Shown here: piece after piece, positions 46,013-55,794 of the stretch
Layout: each line of letters begins with the position of its first letter
Numbering within the stretch: position 1 is the first letter of the stretch
Assembly (NCBI GenBank): GCA_048885325.1
Contig: JBHLPZ010000001.1
Span: 2,532 to 66,531 of the forward strand
Reading direction: 5' to 3'
Length of the DNA: 64,000 nucleotides
From: Candidatus Odinarchaeota archaeon
GTDB lineage: Archaea; Asgardarchaeota; Lokiarchaeia; Sigyniarchaeales; SOKP01
The notes under the pieces: model-generated
Seen by the model: the letters and a program-made list of their open reading frames with translations, nothing else
What the model was told of the DNA's origin: nothing
Database searches by the model: none
Made by a program: the position numbers and the translations under genes

Positions 46013-47313
46013 TATTTTTTTACCTCCTCAAAAAAAGTTGATTCATCATAATCACCCAGTTGATCTAGTTTTAGACCTAAGAATTCAGTTGTCTGAGAGA
46101 TCTCTCCAGTTTTAGCTTGAATTAAAGCTCTTTTAACTCCATCAATTAGTTGTTCATCTGTTACATCCCTTCCACCTAAACCAACTATAAAACCTTTAAT
46201 GAAAGGGGGTTTCTTCAATCCATATAATGCTGATTTTAATTCATAACATAAAACCCCTTCATAACCATAACCAATTTCTCTATCAAAAACTATAATTGTT
46301 TCCTTCTCCTTTAATAACTCTTTCAAATATTTCGCAGGATAGGGTCGAAATAGTTTTAAGCTAACCAAACCTACTTTTAAACCTTCTTGTCTTAACTTTT
46401 TTAATACAATTCTTGATTGAGAGGCAACTGATCCCATAGCAAGGATAATAACGTTAGCATCTTCTATTTGTGCAGTTTTAAATAAACCATTTCCATACGA
46501 TCTCCCAAATTTTTCAGCAAATTCATTATGAACTTGTTGTATGATATCGATAGAATTTTCAAGGGCTTTTTGTAAAGCATATCGATATTCATAATATCCA
46601 GGAGCAGTACCTTCTTTCCCTCTATTCCTAATGTGAGGAGTAGTAACAGGATCAACTCCTTTTATTTGAGAAATATTTGATAGGTTAATATGATGTCTGA
46701 GTGGAGGGAGAAAATCATCAATATCCTGTTGATTTTCTAAAGTAACAGGCATCATAGTATGACTTAATATATAACCATCATAGGCTACAATTGATGGTAA
46801 AAAAACTCGAGGATCTTCAGCAATTTTAAAAGCCTGAATATTAGTATCATAGATTTCTTGATTACTTTCACACATAAATTGAATCCACCCCACATCTCTT
46901 ATGGTTATAAAATCGGAATGATCCGTCCAAACGCTCCATGGCGCTCCAAGTGATCTAGTAGCCAAATTTATGATTATTGGTAATCTATTACCTGCTGCCC
47001 AAGGAAGCATCTCATACATTAGCTCAAGTCCATGAGCAGAGGTTGCTGTAGCTACCCTAGAGCCTGTTGCAGAAGCAGCACAACATACAGCTAATGCTGA
47101 ATGTTCTGATTCAACTTTAACAAATTTAGCATCTAATTTTCCTTTAAATATAAATTCAGCTATTTTTTCGACCACGGGGCTTTGTGGAGTAATTGGGTAT
47201 GCTGAAATCACTCCAACCTTCGCTTGTCGAATTGCATGAGCGGCAGCATGATTACCGGTTAATATTTTAGTTTTTTGTCCTAATGTCTTAGACTTTGGCT
47301 CTGTAATGGTCAA
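46012..47313 (-). CDS. porA: 2-oxoacid (pyruvate):ferredoxin oxidoreductase alpha subunit
   Basis: Contains LTGNHAAAHAIRQAKVGVISAYPITPQS. I prefer the TTG at 47313, which overlaps the porD stop (TTGA), over the track start at 47376, which would overlap porD by 67 nt. Confidence 0.85.
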   Translation of the reverse strand: MTITEPKSKTLGQKTKILTGNHAAAHAIRQAKVGVISAYPITPQSPVVEKIAEFIFKGKLDAKFVKVESEHSALAVCCAASATGSRVATATSAHGLELMYEMLPWAAGNRLPIIINLATRSLGAPWSVWTDHSDFITIRDVGWIQFMCESNQEIYDTNIQAFKIAEDPRVFLPSIVAYDGYILSHTMMPVTLENQQDIDDFLPPLRHHINLSNISQIKGVDPVTTPHIRNRGKEGTAPGYYEYRYALQKALENSIDIIQQVHNEFAEKFGRSYGNGLFKTAQIEDANVIILAMGSVASQSRIVLKKLRQEGLKVGLVSLKLFRPYPAKYLKELLKEKETIIVFDREIGYGYEGVLCYELKSALYGLKKPPFIKGFIVGLGGRDVTDEQLIDGVKRALIQAKTGEISQTTEFLGLKLDQLGDYDESTFFEEVKK

Positions 47314-47609
47314 TCTGATTTCATCTCCTCCATAGTTATTGCTTTCACAGGACATTCCTCCATACATATACCGCATCCTTTACAATATTCTAAATCTATT
47401 CTTGGTGGGATAGTTCTTGAAACAACCGCTTCTGGACAAAATAACCAACAATTAAAGCAGCTGGCTTTTCCTGATTTTGCTGGAATACATTTCTCCAAAT
47501 CAATTACTGGTTTTTTAGAGCTCCATGTTCCAGTTTTTCCTGCTTCACCTTTAACTGGTTTTTGTACCGAGCCAAGTATTTTTTGGTAATCTTTTTTAAT
47601 ATCAGTCAT
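47310..47609 (-). CDS. porD: 2-oxoacid:ferredoxin oxidoreductase delta subunit (2x[4Fe-4S] ferredoxin)
   Basis: Contains CFNCWLFCPEAV and CKGCGICMEECP. I chose the ATG at 47609; the track start at 47618 is a GTG. Confidence 0.85.
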   Translation of the reverse strand: MTDIKKDYQKILGSVQKPVKGEAGKTGTWSSKKPVIDLEKCIPAKSGKASCFNCWLFCPEAVVSRTIPPRIDLEYCKGCGICMEECPVKAITMEEMKSD

Positions 47610-47884
47610 AAGAATCACACATATTATTGAATTGAATTTAATATAAAAATTAATTAGTATTGAAATAAAATTCTTGCTATTAAATTCGATAAGGTTTATG
47701 GCTTTAGTTAATTGAAAAAATAATCATTTTTCCTAAATTCATATAAAATAGAAATCTAAGCCCCTAAATAGAATTTACTTAGGATACTTAGGTTAATAAA
47801 GATAAACATAAATAATTATAATTTAATAATCTTTTTAGAGAATTTTCTAATTAAGAATAATTACCATACGCTTAGGTTGTTAAA

Positions 47885-50128
47885 ATGAATTATAATAAAG
47901 AGGAGATAAGAGAAAAATTTAAAGATCTTTTTGAACATTCCTTAGATCTAATCTATGTCAATGACTTAAATGGAAATTTTCTGGATGCAAATGAAATAAC
48001 ATTGATTACCCTTGGTTATGAAAGAGATGAAATTCCTAATATTTCTTTCATAGATTTATTAGATAAAGAAGATCTGATGAAAGCTCAGACGGTAACGAAA
48101 GAAATAAAAAAAACGGGTAAACAATCAAAAAGGAGTGAATATAAAGTTAAAACTAAGTATGGAAATTTTTTATATATTGAAACGTATGGTATACCTTTAA
48201 AAAAAGATGGACGTATCTATGCAATTTTAGGAATTGGTAAAAATGTAACAGATCGTCAAAAGGCAGAACAAAATTTAAAAAAATCTGGAGAAATGTTTAA
48301 AGCCATTTATAAAGAGGGACCAATTCCCGCTTATACTTGGCAAAAATATGATGATGATTTTGTATTAATAGATTTTAATAATGCTGCTGTAAAAATAACA
48401 AATGGAACAGTTAATGATTTCTTAGGATATAAAGCTTCTGAATTGTATAAAGATCGAGAAGATATTTTAGAAGATTTAAAACTTTGTATGAATGAAAAAT
48501 TCCAAATTACAAGAGAAATGAAATACAAATTTCATTATTCGGGTGAAGAGAAATATCTTTTGGTAAAATATGGATATGTTAGTCCTGACTTGATTATAGT
48601 GCATACAGAAGATATAACTGAAAGAAAAAGAGCAGAAGAAAATTTAATAGAATCCGAAAAAAAATATCGTAATTTAATTGAAAATTTAGATGTGGGTTTT
48701 TATCAAGTTAAATTAGATGGAGAAATGCTAAACCATAATAGTGCACACAATATCATATTAGGATATGATCCTTCAGAGAGTTTAATAGGGAAAAATGTTT
48801 CAGAATTTTGGCAAAATCCTGAAGATAGGGGGGAGTATTTAGAAGTTATTGCTAAAGAAGGAATGGTAAGAGGTTATATTTGCCACGCTAAAACCAAAAC
48901 GGACAGAAATATAACTCTAGAATTAAACTCTCACCTAATCAGAGATAAAGATGGATGGCCCATTCATATTGATGGAACCATTACCGATGTAACAGAAAAG
49001 TTCAATTTAGAAAGAAAATTGAGAGAATCTGAAGCAAAGTTCAGAAATCTTTATGAAAATACCCCCTTTTCCATAGTATTATTAGATTCTAAAGGAACTA
49101 TTGTTGATATTAATCCAAGATCCACAGAAGTTTTTGGATATAACAAAGAAGAATTAGTAGGGAAAAAATTTAAAGATGTTTCAGTTCTTCATCCAAATTA
49201 TTTACCAAAAATAATTGAATTGTTCAAAAAATTTATAAAAGGAGAAGTTATCCATCGTATTGATTTACAGGCTTATAGAAAGAATGGTCGTTTAATCTGG
49301 GTTAATTTACAGGCTGGGCTAATTGAGATAGCGGGAGAGACACATGTTCAAGCGATCTTTAATGATATTACACCACAAAAAGAGGCAGATATTTTAATTA
49401 AAGAGGAGATTAAAAAATTAAAAGAATTAGATACAATTAGAAAAAATCTAATCTCACGTGTTTCTCATGAATTGAAAACGCCTCTTGTTTCAATAAGTGG
49501 GGGGAGTGAACTTTTATTAACTTTATATAAAGATAAATTTGGAGCAGAACAACTTGAAATAATTGAACTTATAGAAAAAGGGGGTAAACGATTAAGACAT
49601 TTAGTTGATAATTTAATTGATATTACTCGAGTTGATTATAATAAACTTCAGCTGTCAAAAAAACCAACCAATTTAAGTAAAATTATTAAAGATTGTGTTA
49701 AAGAATTAGATTATTGGATAAAGGAAAGGAAGCTTAATTTAACTATATCTACTCCCAAAAATCTAGAGTTAAAGATAGACCAAATAAGAATTGAGCAAGT
49801 AATTATAAATTTACTATCAAACGCGATAAAGAATACACCCCCCGATGGAGAAATAGGAATAAGTCTTAATAAAAACGGGAATTGGGTAGAATTTAGAATA
49901 AGTGATACAGGTATCGGTCTAACACTGGAAGAGATACATATGTTATTTACAAGATTTGGTAAAATTGAGCGATATGGTTCAGGGTATGAATATGTAGATA
50001 TTCAAGGTACTGGTTTGGGTTTATTCATTTCAAAAGAGATTATTGATTTACATGAAGGTGAAATTAGAGCTGAGTCAGCTGGAAGAAACAAAGGAAGTAC
50101 ATTTATTGTAAAATTACCCATCAATTAA
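47885..50128 (+). CDS. Cytoplasmic multi-PAS sensor histidine kinase (4 PAS + HisKA + HATPase_c)
   Basis: 747 aa with no TM segment and four PAS-like units. The H-box is RVSHELKTPL. The N box is LLSNAIKNTP, G1 is DTGIGL and G2 is GTGLGL. Confidence 0.9.
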   Translation: MNYNKEEIREKFKDLFEHSLDLIYVNDLNGNFLDANEITLITLGYERDEIPNISFIDLLDKEDLMKAQTVTKEIKKTGKQSKRSEYKVKTKYGNFLYIETYGIPLKKDGRIYAILGIGKNVTDRQKAEQNLKKSGEMFKAIYKEGPIPAYTWQKYDDDFVLIDFNNAAVKITNGTVNDFLGYKASELYKDREDILEDLKLCMNEKFQITREMKYKFHYSGEEKYLLVKYGYVSPDLIIVHTEDITERKRAEENLIESEKKYRNLIENLDVGFYQVKLDGEMLNHNSAHNIILGYDPSESLIGKNVSEFWQNPEDRGEYLEVIAKEGMVRGYICHAKTKTDRNITLELNSHLIRDKDGWPIHIDGTITDVTEKFNLERKLRESEAKFRNLYENTPFSIVLLDSKGTIVDINPRSTEVFGYNKEELVGKKFKDVSVLHPNYLPKIIELFKKFIKGEVIHRIDLQAYRKNGRLIWVNLQAGLIEIAGETHVQAIFNDITPQKEADILIKEEIKKLKELDTIRKNLISRVSHELKTPLVSISGGSELLLTLYKDKFGAEQLEIIELIEKGGKRLRHLVDNLIDITRVDYNKLQLSKKPTNLSKIIKDCVKELDYWIKERKLNLTISTPKNLELKIDQIRIEQVIINLLSNAIKNTPPDGEIGISLNKNGNWVEFRISDTGIGLTLEEIHMLFTRFGKIERYGSGYEYVDIQGTGLGLFISKEIIDLHEGEIRAESAGRNKGSTFIVKLPIN

Positions 50129-50144
50129 GAAGAATTCGTTGGTT

Positions 50145-50744
50145 TTATAATATTTTAGCAAGTTTATATCCTTGCTCTATTAATTCAAAATTAAGTTTTC
50201 CAACCTCTTCGCCCATTTTGTTAAGGACTACCTCTTTTAGATTCTCCAATGTTAAATCTGGTAAAGCCTTTGATAATAATCCTAAAATAGGAGTATTAAT
50301 GACTGGATTTCCGTCTATAGTCAAATTTTTTTCTAATGCTAAATTGCTAATATCAGCTACAATAATTTTTACCTCTTTACTAAAATTAAACTGATTTACA
50401 AAGAATTCTGGTTCTTTATCTGAATTAATGATAAAAGTGCCATTAGTTTTTAGAGAAGAGACAACCTCATAATCTAAAACAGTTTCATCAAATATAATTA
50501 AAATATCTGGGTGTTCAATTTGGGCACGATCCCATATTTTATCTGATCTTGACAGCTTGGCATAAGCTTGAACTGGAGCACCTCTCCTTTCTGCCCCGAA
50601 TGAAGGATAAGCATGGACATCTTTAAAATTTCCACTTAAATATGCGGCTTCTGCAAGAATTTCACATGCCGTGACTGCTCCTTGGCCGCCTCTACCTAAT
50701 ATAATTAGACTTATAATTTCATCATTATTATCTGATACATTCAT
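50145..50744 (-). CDS. porG: 2-oxoacid:ferredoxin oxidoreductase gamma subunit
   Basis: Contains LIILGRGGQGAVTACEILAEAA and FGAERRGAPVQAY. I chose the ATG at 50744; the track start at 50756 is a TTG. Confidence 0.85.
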   Translation of the reverse strand: MNVSDNNDEIISLIILGRGGQGAVTACEILAEAAYLSGNFKDVHAYPSFGAERRGAPVQAYAKLSRSDKIWDRAQIEHPDILIIFDETVLDYEVVSSLKTNGTFIINSDKEPEFFVNQFNFSKEVKIIVADISNLALEKNLTIDGNPVINTPILGLLSKALPDLTLENLKEVVLNKMGEEVGKLNFELIEQGYKLAKIL

Positions 50745-50942
50745 AGAAATAGCCAATAAAGTTGAAATATTGATATTAAAATAATATTATTTTATAAGAA
50801 GTTTACTGAATAATATAAAGCTTTGTTAAATTAGCATTTCTCTTTAAATTCATTTTTAAAAGCAATAATAATATAAAAATATCAAAATTATTAATCTTAT
50901 TACATCTATTGTGGTCGAAATTTATAACATTCGTGAATAAAT

Positions 50943-51770
50943 ATGATAAATAAATCTGGATATTTCGAAGGAAGGGAGAATAAAAAACTGTTTTATCAAT
51001 ATTGGTTGCCCGATTCCGAAAATGTGAAGATTAATTTAATTGCAATTCATGGCTGGGGTACTCATTCTGATAGAATGAAGATTCCTGCTGAATTTTTCAC
51101 AGAAAAAGGTTATGCTATTTACGCATTCGATCTACGAGGGCATTGGAGAAATGCTGAAATTCAGGGACATATTGATAGTATGGATCATATTCAAAAGGAT
51201 ATTGTATTATTTATGGATCTCGTAAAAAAAGAGGCTAATAATAACGAAGTTTTTTTAATGGGTCATGCTTTTGGTGGTTTAATCAGTTTAATATACGCTA
51301 TTAACCATCCTGGCTTACAGGGTCTTATAGTATCTTCTCCACAATTAGGATTAGCAATTGGTAAAATGGCAAAAAAGATGAAAGGGGCGATCTCGAAACT
51401 TTCACCTACTAAAACTATATCAATGATTATTGATCAGAATCAATTGACAAGTGACTTAAAGATTTTAAGACAAAATATTGCTGATAAGAAAAAGTTAGAA
51501 GTAATCACGGTTAAATCAGCATCAGAAATGGAGAATTCTATGAAATGGGCTATGGAAAACGCCACAAGCTTAATATGCCCAGTATTAATACTACAAGCGG
51601 GAAATGATAATATTGTTGATAAAAATAAGACACGAGAATTTTTTAAAAAGGTTAAAAGTCAAGATAAAACATATCGAGAATATGATGGATTCCTTCATGA
51701 TTTATGGACTGAAAAAAGTCGCGCTTTAGTTTATCGCGATATGTACGTATGGATTGAAAAACATATTTAA
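50943..51770 (+). CDS. Alpha/beta hydrolase (lysophospholipase/monoacylglycerol-lipase-like) with Ala at the nucleophile position
   Basis: 275 aa with IAIHGWGTHSDR. The elbow is GHAFGG (G107-H-A109-F-G-G, codon GCT at 51267-51269) instead of GHSxGG. The Asp (AGNDNIVD) and His (GFLHDLW) contexts are retained. Confidence 0.75.
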   Translation: MINKSGYFEGRENKKLFYQYWLPDSENVKINLIAIHGWGTHSDRMKIPAEFFTEKGYAIYAFDLRGHWRNAEIQGHIDSMDHIQKDIVLFMDLVKKEANNNEVFLMGHAFGGLISLIYAINHPGLQGLIVSSPQLGLAIGKMAKKMKGAISKLSPTKTISMIIDQNQLTSDLKILRQNIADKKKLEVITVKSASEMENSMKWAMENATSLICPVLILQAGNDNIVDKNKTREFFKKVKSQDKTYREYDGFLHDLWTEKSRALVYRDMYVWIEKHI

Positions 51771-51842
51771 AAAAATTAAAAATTAATAAATAAAAAAAAT
51801 CCATTATTAAATACTAATTTTAATTAAATCAGATTGATAATT

Positions 51843-54611
51843 ATGTCAATTAAAAAACAAAAAATATCAAAACTAATGATAATTTGTTTGATTACATTGA
51901 TTGTAGCTAACATCTCTGTATTTCTATTAATAAAACCAGCTTTTGCGCAACCAAGTACTAGAAGAAATATTTTAGTAATTAGTAAGGGAAACGATGACTT
52001 ATTTATTCAAAGTCTTGGGATTGATCAAGAAAATTTTAATATCTCAAGACAGTCTGATTCTGATCCATTAAACTCAATAGGTCCATGGATTGATGTTGTT
52101 ATATTATTTGATTCTCAGTTAAGTGCTTCAAAGCAAGGAAACATTTCCACTTTTGTTGATAATGGTGGAGGAGCTATCGTTTTTATGGGACATAATTTAC
52201 ATAATGATGCAACACTTTTAGAAGAATTAGAATTGATTGATAATACGCTATTTGAGGCAGGTAAAGCAAAAAATCAAGAATCTATGCTGTTTATAGTAAA
52301 TAACCCAAATCATCCAATTAGTAGTAATATTGACTGGAATTCTGCTCCTGATATGAAAGTTAATAATATGACTATTATTCCCCTTAATAGCTTAGATTCA
52401 TCTGTCCAAAGAGTTGTGGATGTCTATCCGATTTCAAAAAATTTGGAGATTGAAACAAATCGAGAAGCAATTATAATTGAGAGAGCAAAGGGAAGTGGAA
52501 ATGTTATTTTATTTTCAGGCTGGATAGAAACAAATGCTAATTTAGATTTTAAAGTGTGGCCTTATTTCAATTACCTTTTATATGCGGTAATTTTTGAAAG
52601 TTTAAATCTTTCTTTTCAAACTTACCCCTCATGGCCTTATTCGCCAGTTCCTCACTTTTTTGAACAAATTATAATTGGAATTATCGTTTTTATCCTTGCT
52701 ATTCTAGCAATTGCTTTATTTTTGGTTGTTAGAAGGAAATCAAGAAGTGCTATCGACCAACAAGTAATTGATACGTTAAAGTTAAGGGCAGAAGAGGAAC
52801 AGAGAAAAAGAATGGAAGAGATTGAGGTTTTAGAGAGGAAATTGGAGGAACATGTAGATTTAAAAGATGATTGGGAGGTTATTGGTGTGCACCGCCAGCT
52901 TGGTGGATTTCTATTCACATTATTCATAGGATTAATTTTAGTTTTACCACAGCTATTAATCTCGAATTTTATAATGCCCCAAATCATACAGCCATATCCA
53001 CAAGCTGCTGGATGGTATAATTATGCCTATAATTTCTTTCAAATTATATGGATTTTGTTTGATTTCGGAACTAGTTTTGCGTTGGCTAAATTTTTTGCTC
53101 AATATCGAGTAAAAAATCCAGAAAAATCAATACATTATATTCAAATTTATGTTTGGTGGCAATTATTTACAGGTATTATTCAAATATCGTTAATAGCATT
53201 CATGGGTTCGTTTATATTTCCCTATACCAATCTCGCTCATATGAGTTGGATTTTTATAATATACTCATTTGTTCAATATCCTGGTGTATTCTTAGTATTT
53301 ATGTATACTTTTCAAGGGTTACAACGCTCAGATTTCTATCTAATATTATATATTTTCTGGGAAGTTGTATTTTTATTGGTAGGACAAGTGACTTTTTGCT
53401 ACATTGGGCGAATGTGGGGTGCTGCTAATCCAATTTTTGGTGAAGCTTTAGGAGCTGGTATAGGATATGCGATTGCAAGATGTTTTGATTATTGGATGAC
53501 TTTTTTTATCTCAATTTTAATCTTTAAAAAACAAGGCTTTTCACCTAAAACATGTTTTAGAATTGATTTTTCTAGAGAGGAAGTTAAAGAATCGCTACGT
53601 TATGGGTCAAAGCTAGGTGTTGGGGAAGGTTTTGTGCAAATTGGATGGTTTATTCAGGTCATTATAACCTCTATATTTGTAGCAAATTATTCCAATAATT
53701 TAGGTTGGTTTAATTTAACATGGACATTAGGCATGATTGTTCAAATTGTAACGCTTTATTCAAATACTCTTTTAGGTGCGTATAGTGAATCAAGTTCTCA
53801 TAATAAGCATACATTGACCAAACTATATATCTATCAAGCTTTTCGATGGGGGAATTATTTTGCATTTTTCTTAATTTCTGTTCTTTTTGCCACAGGAGCT
53901 AAATTTTTGGTGGGAGCTGCCGGTGAGGAATATGGTGGACCTGCTGTCAAATTTCTAGTACCCCTATTACTTTTTCATACCGGTGGTATATATTCTTGGT
54001 TAGTTGATTCAGTTTTTCAAGGAACGGGACATACTGGTTATGCAATGGTTGTTTGGATTATTGAACAAACAAGTAGAGCATTACTCATGTTTATATTAGT
54101 TTACTTTTTAAGGGATATGGTTTACGTAATAATAGCCTATATACCTGCGGTATTTCTTAAAGATATTATTGGTTGGTTGATCGTTCGGAAAAAAATCATT
54201 AAATACAAAATCTATCCTTTTAAAACTTTTATAACTCCAGCAATTTCAGCAATAATTAATTTTATTGTCCTATATTTTACAAGCGAACTAATTTGGGCAC
54301 TTCCATTGGGAGATAAAATCCTTAATACTGCAATCTTATTCTTATTAGGGATTTTTGTGTTTATATTTTTCTATGCATTTTTAGACGGGTTATTAGGAGG
54401 TTATGATGATAATACATTACAAGAATTTAATAGAGCAGCTTTAATGGTTACTGCTCCAATTCTTGGTTTCTTTCCAAAAGCATTAAGTAAAGTCGCTAAA
54501 TTCGGTAGTAAGATAAGCCCATTTCACAATAAATTTAAGATTGATATATATGAGGAAGCCATGAAAGAAGCATATGACTTAACATTAGAAAAGAAAATTT
54601 TACAAATTTAA
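51843..54611 (+). CDS. Large membrane protein: signal anchor + extracytoplasmic GATase1-like/DUF4350-like domain + coiled coil + polytopic MOP/Wzx-flippase-like domain
   Basis: ~922 aa from the ATG at 51843. The N-terminal TM is followed by ...VVILFDSQL...FVDNGGGAIVFMG...GSGNVILFSGW. Next come a TM helix, a charged helix (EEEQRKRMEEIEVLERKLEEH) and about 12-14 hydrophobic helices. The flippase call is by pattern only. Confidence 0.5.
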   Translation: MSIKKQKISKLMIICLITLIVANISVFLLIKPAFAQPSTRRNILVISKGNDDLFIQSLGIDQENFNISRQSDSDPLNSIGPWIDVVILFDSQLSASKQGNISTFVDNGGGAIVFMGHNLHNDATLLEELELIDNTLFEAGKAKNQESMLFIVNNPNHPISSNIDWNSAPDMKVNNMTIIPLNSLDSSVQRVVDVYPISKNLEIETNREAIIIERAKGSGNVILFSGWIETNANLDFKVWPYFNYLLYAVIFESLNLSFQTYPSWPYSPVPHFFEQIIIGIIVFILAILAIALFLVVRRKSRSAIDQQVIDTLKLRAEEEQRKRMEEIEVLERKLEEHVDLKDDWEVIGVHRQLGGFLFTLFIGLILVLPQLLISNFIMPQIIQPYPQAAGWYNYAYNFFQIIWILFDFGTSFALAKFFAQYRVKNPEKSIHYIQIYVWWQLFTGIIQISLIAFMGSFIFPYTNLAHMSWIFIIYSFVQYPGVFLVFMYTFQGLQRSDFYLILYIFWEVVFLLVGQVTFCYIGRMWGAANPIFGEALGAGIGYAIARCFDYWMTFFISILIFKKQGFSPKTCFRIDFSREEVKESLRYGSKLGVGEGFVQIGWFIQVIITSIFVANYSNNLGWFNLTWTLGMIVQIVTLYSNTLLGAYSESSSHNKHTLTKLYIYQAFRWGNYFAFFLISVLFATGAKFLVGAAGEEYGGPAVKFLVPLLLFHTGGIYSWLVDSVFQGTGHTGYAMVVWIIEQTSRALLMFILVYFLRDMVYVIIAYIPAVFLKDIIGWLIVRKKIIKYKIYPFKTFITPAISAIINFIVLYFTSELIWALPLGDKILNTAILFLLGIFVFIFFYAFLDGLLGGYDDNTLQEFNRAALMVTAPILGFFPKALSKVAKFGSKISPFHNKFKIDIYEEAMKEAYDLTLEKKILQI

Positions 54612-54653
54612 TCTAATTTTTTTTATTTATTTAAAAAAAGGTCATTTAAAAGA

Positions 54654-55694
54654 ATGAGCCAATACAATCTCGATTCATTCCTAGAAAATTTATTTGAATG
54701 GGTCGACAGCTTTAAGATTGATAATGAAGCAGGACACTTTTCCTTAATTAGAGGTAAAAATAAACCATCGCTATATGGAATCTGCGATATAGTATTTAAT
54801 TTAGTGATTCCAAATCAATTAGATAAGTATATATCCTTCTATGAAATAGATATTCAAAGGTGGATTAAACAGATTCAGTCTTATCAAGTTTTAAAAACAG
54901 GTTGGTTTAAAGATAGATATTTTAATTATAAATTTCGGTCACCATTGACAGGTCAATGGGAACACTGTACCGCATTTGCTACTTCAGTTCTTAAATTATT
55001 AGAAACAACTCCAAAATATAGTTTAGGAATTACAAAAAAACTAAACACGAAAAAAAAAGTTGAACGGTGGTTAAATAAAGTTCCAGAGTGGGGATTTCTT
55101 TATTGGCCCGGTTCGCATAAAGGAGGCGGTATCGGAGCCATTTTTGCCACTTTAGAGGAGGATAAATATCCCCATAAAGATTTTTTCAATTGGTATTTTG
55201 ATTGGTTAGATGATAGAGCTGATCCTGAGATGGGATTTTGGTGCCTTGGATGGAATCAAAAAATTAGTAAAAGGTTAACCAAACATGAATTGGGCGGCGC
55301 AGTCCACTATTATTGGATCTACGAATTTATGGGGCATCCAATTCAATTTCCAGAAAAAGTTATTGATTCCACGTTGAAATTACAGAATGAATTGGGACTT
55401 TGGGATAAAGACATCTCTTACTGTATCGATCTCGACGCGATTTTTTCATTGTTAAGGTGCTGTATGCAAACTAAAGGGTATAGAAAAGAAGATGTAAAAG
55501 ATGCGCTAGTTAAATACTTAGATTATACAGTTCCATCTTTAAATGATCGAGAATTTTTATTCAATCGGTATAAAAATACACATAAATTAACCGGCTGTTT
55601 AGAAGCAATTGCAGAAATATATAAATTTATGCCAGAGTTATTCGATTTGCCTAAGCCTTGGATAGAGACCTTGGACATAACTCCTTGGATTTAG
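54654..55694 (+). CDS. Hypothetical protein, possibly an alpha/alpha-toroid (prenyltransferase/terpene-cyclase-like repeat) fold
   Basis: 346 aa, Trp-rich, with recurrent Q-x-x-x-G-W/F-like helix-pair motifs (IQSYQVLKTGWF, LKLQNELGLWDKD). There is no firm family assignment. Confidence 0.4.
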   Translation: MSQYNLDSFLENLFEWVDSFKIDNEAGHFSLIRGKNKPSLYGICDIVFNLVIPNQLDKYISFYEIDIQRWIKQIQSYQVLKTGWFKDRYFNYKFRSPLTGQWEHCTAFATSVLKLLETTPKYSLGITKKLNTKKKVERWLNKVPEWGFLYWPGSHKGGGIGAIFATLEEDKYPHKDFFNWYFDWLDDRADPEMGFWCLGWNQKISKRLTKHELGGAVHYYWIYEFMGHPIQFPEKVIDSTLKLQNELGLWDKDISYCIDLDAIFSLLRCCMQTKGYRKEDVKDALVKYLDYTVPSLNDREFLFNRYKNTHKLTGCLEAIAEIYKFMPELFDLPKPWIETLDITPWI

Positions 55695-55794
55695 AAATAG
55701 AATTTTTATTATTAAATCTATAATAAATATTATAAATTTCTACTGAAAATTAATAGACTTGTAAGATTTATTTCTTAGAGTTGAATTTTTTCTT

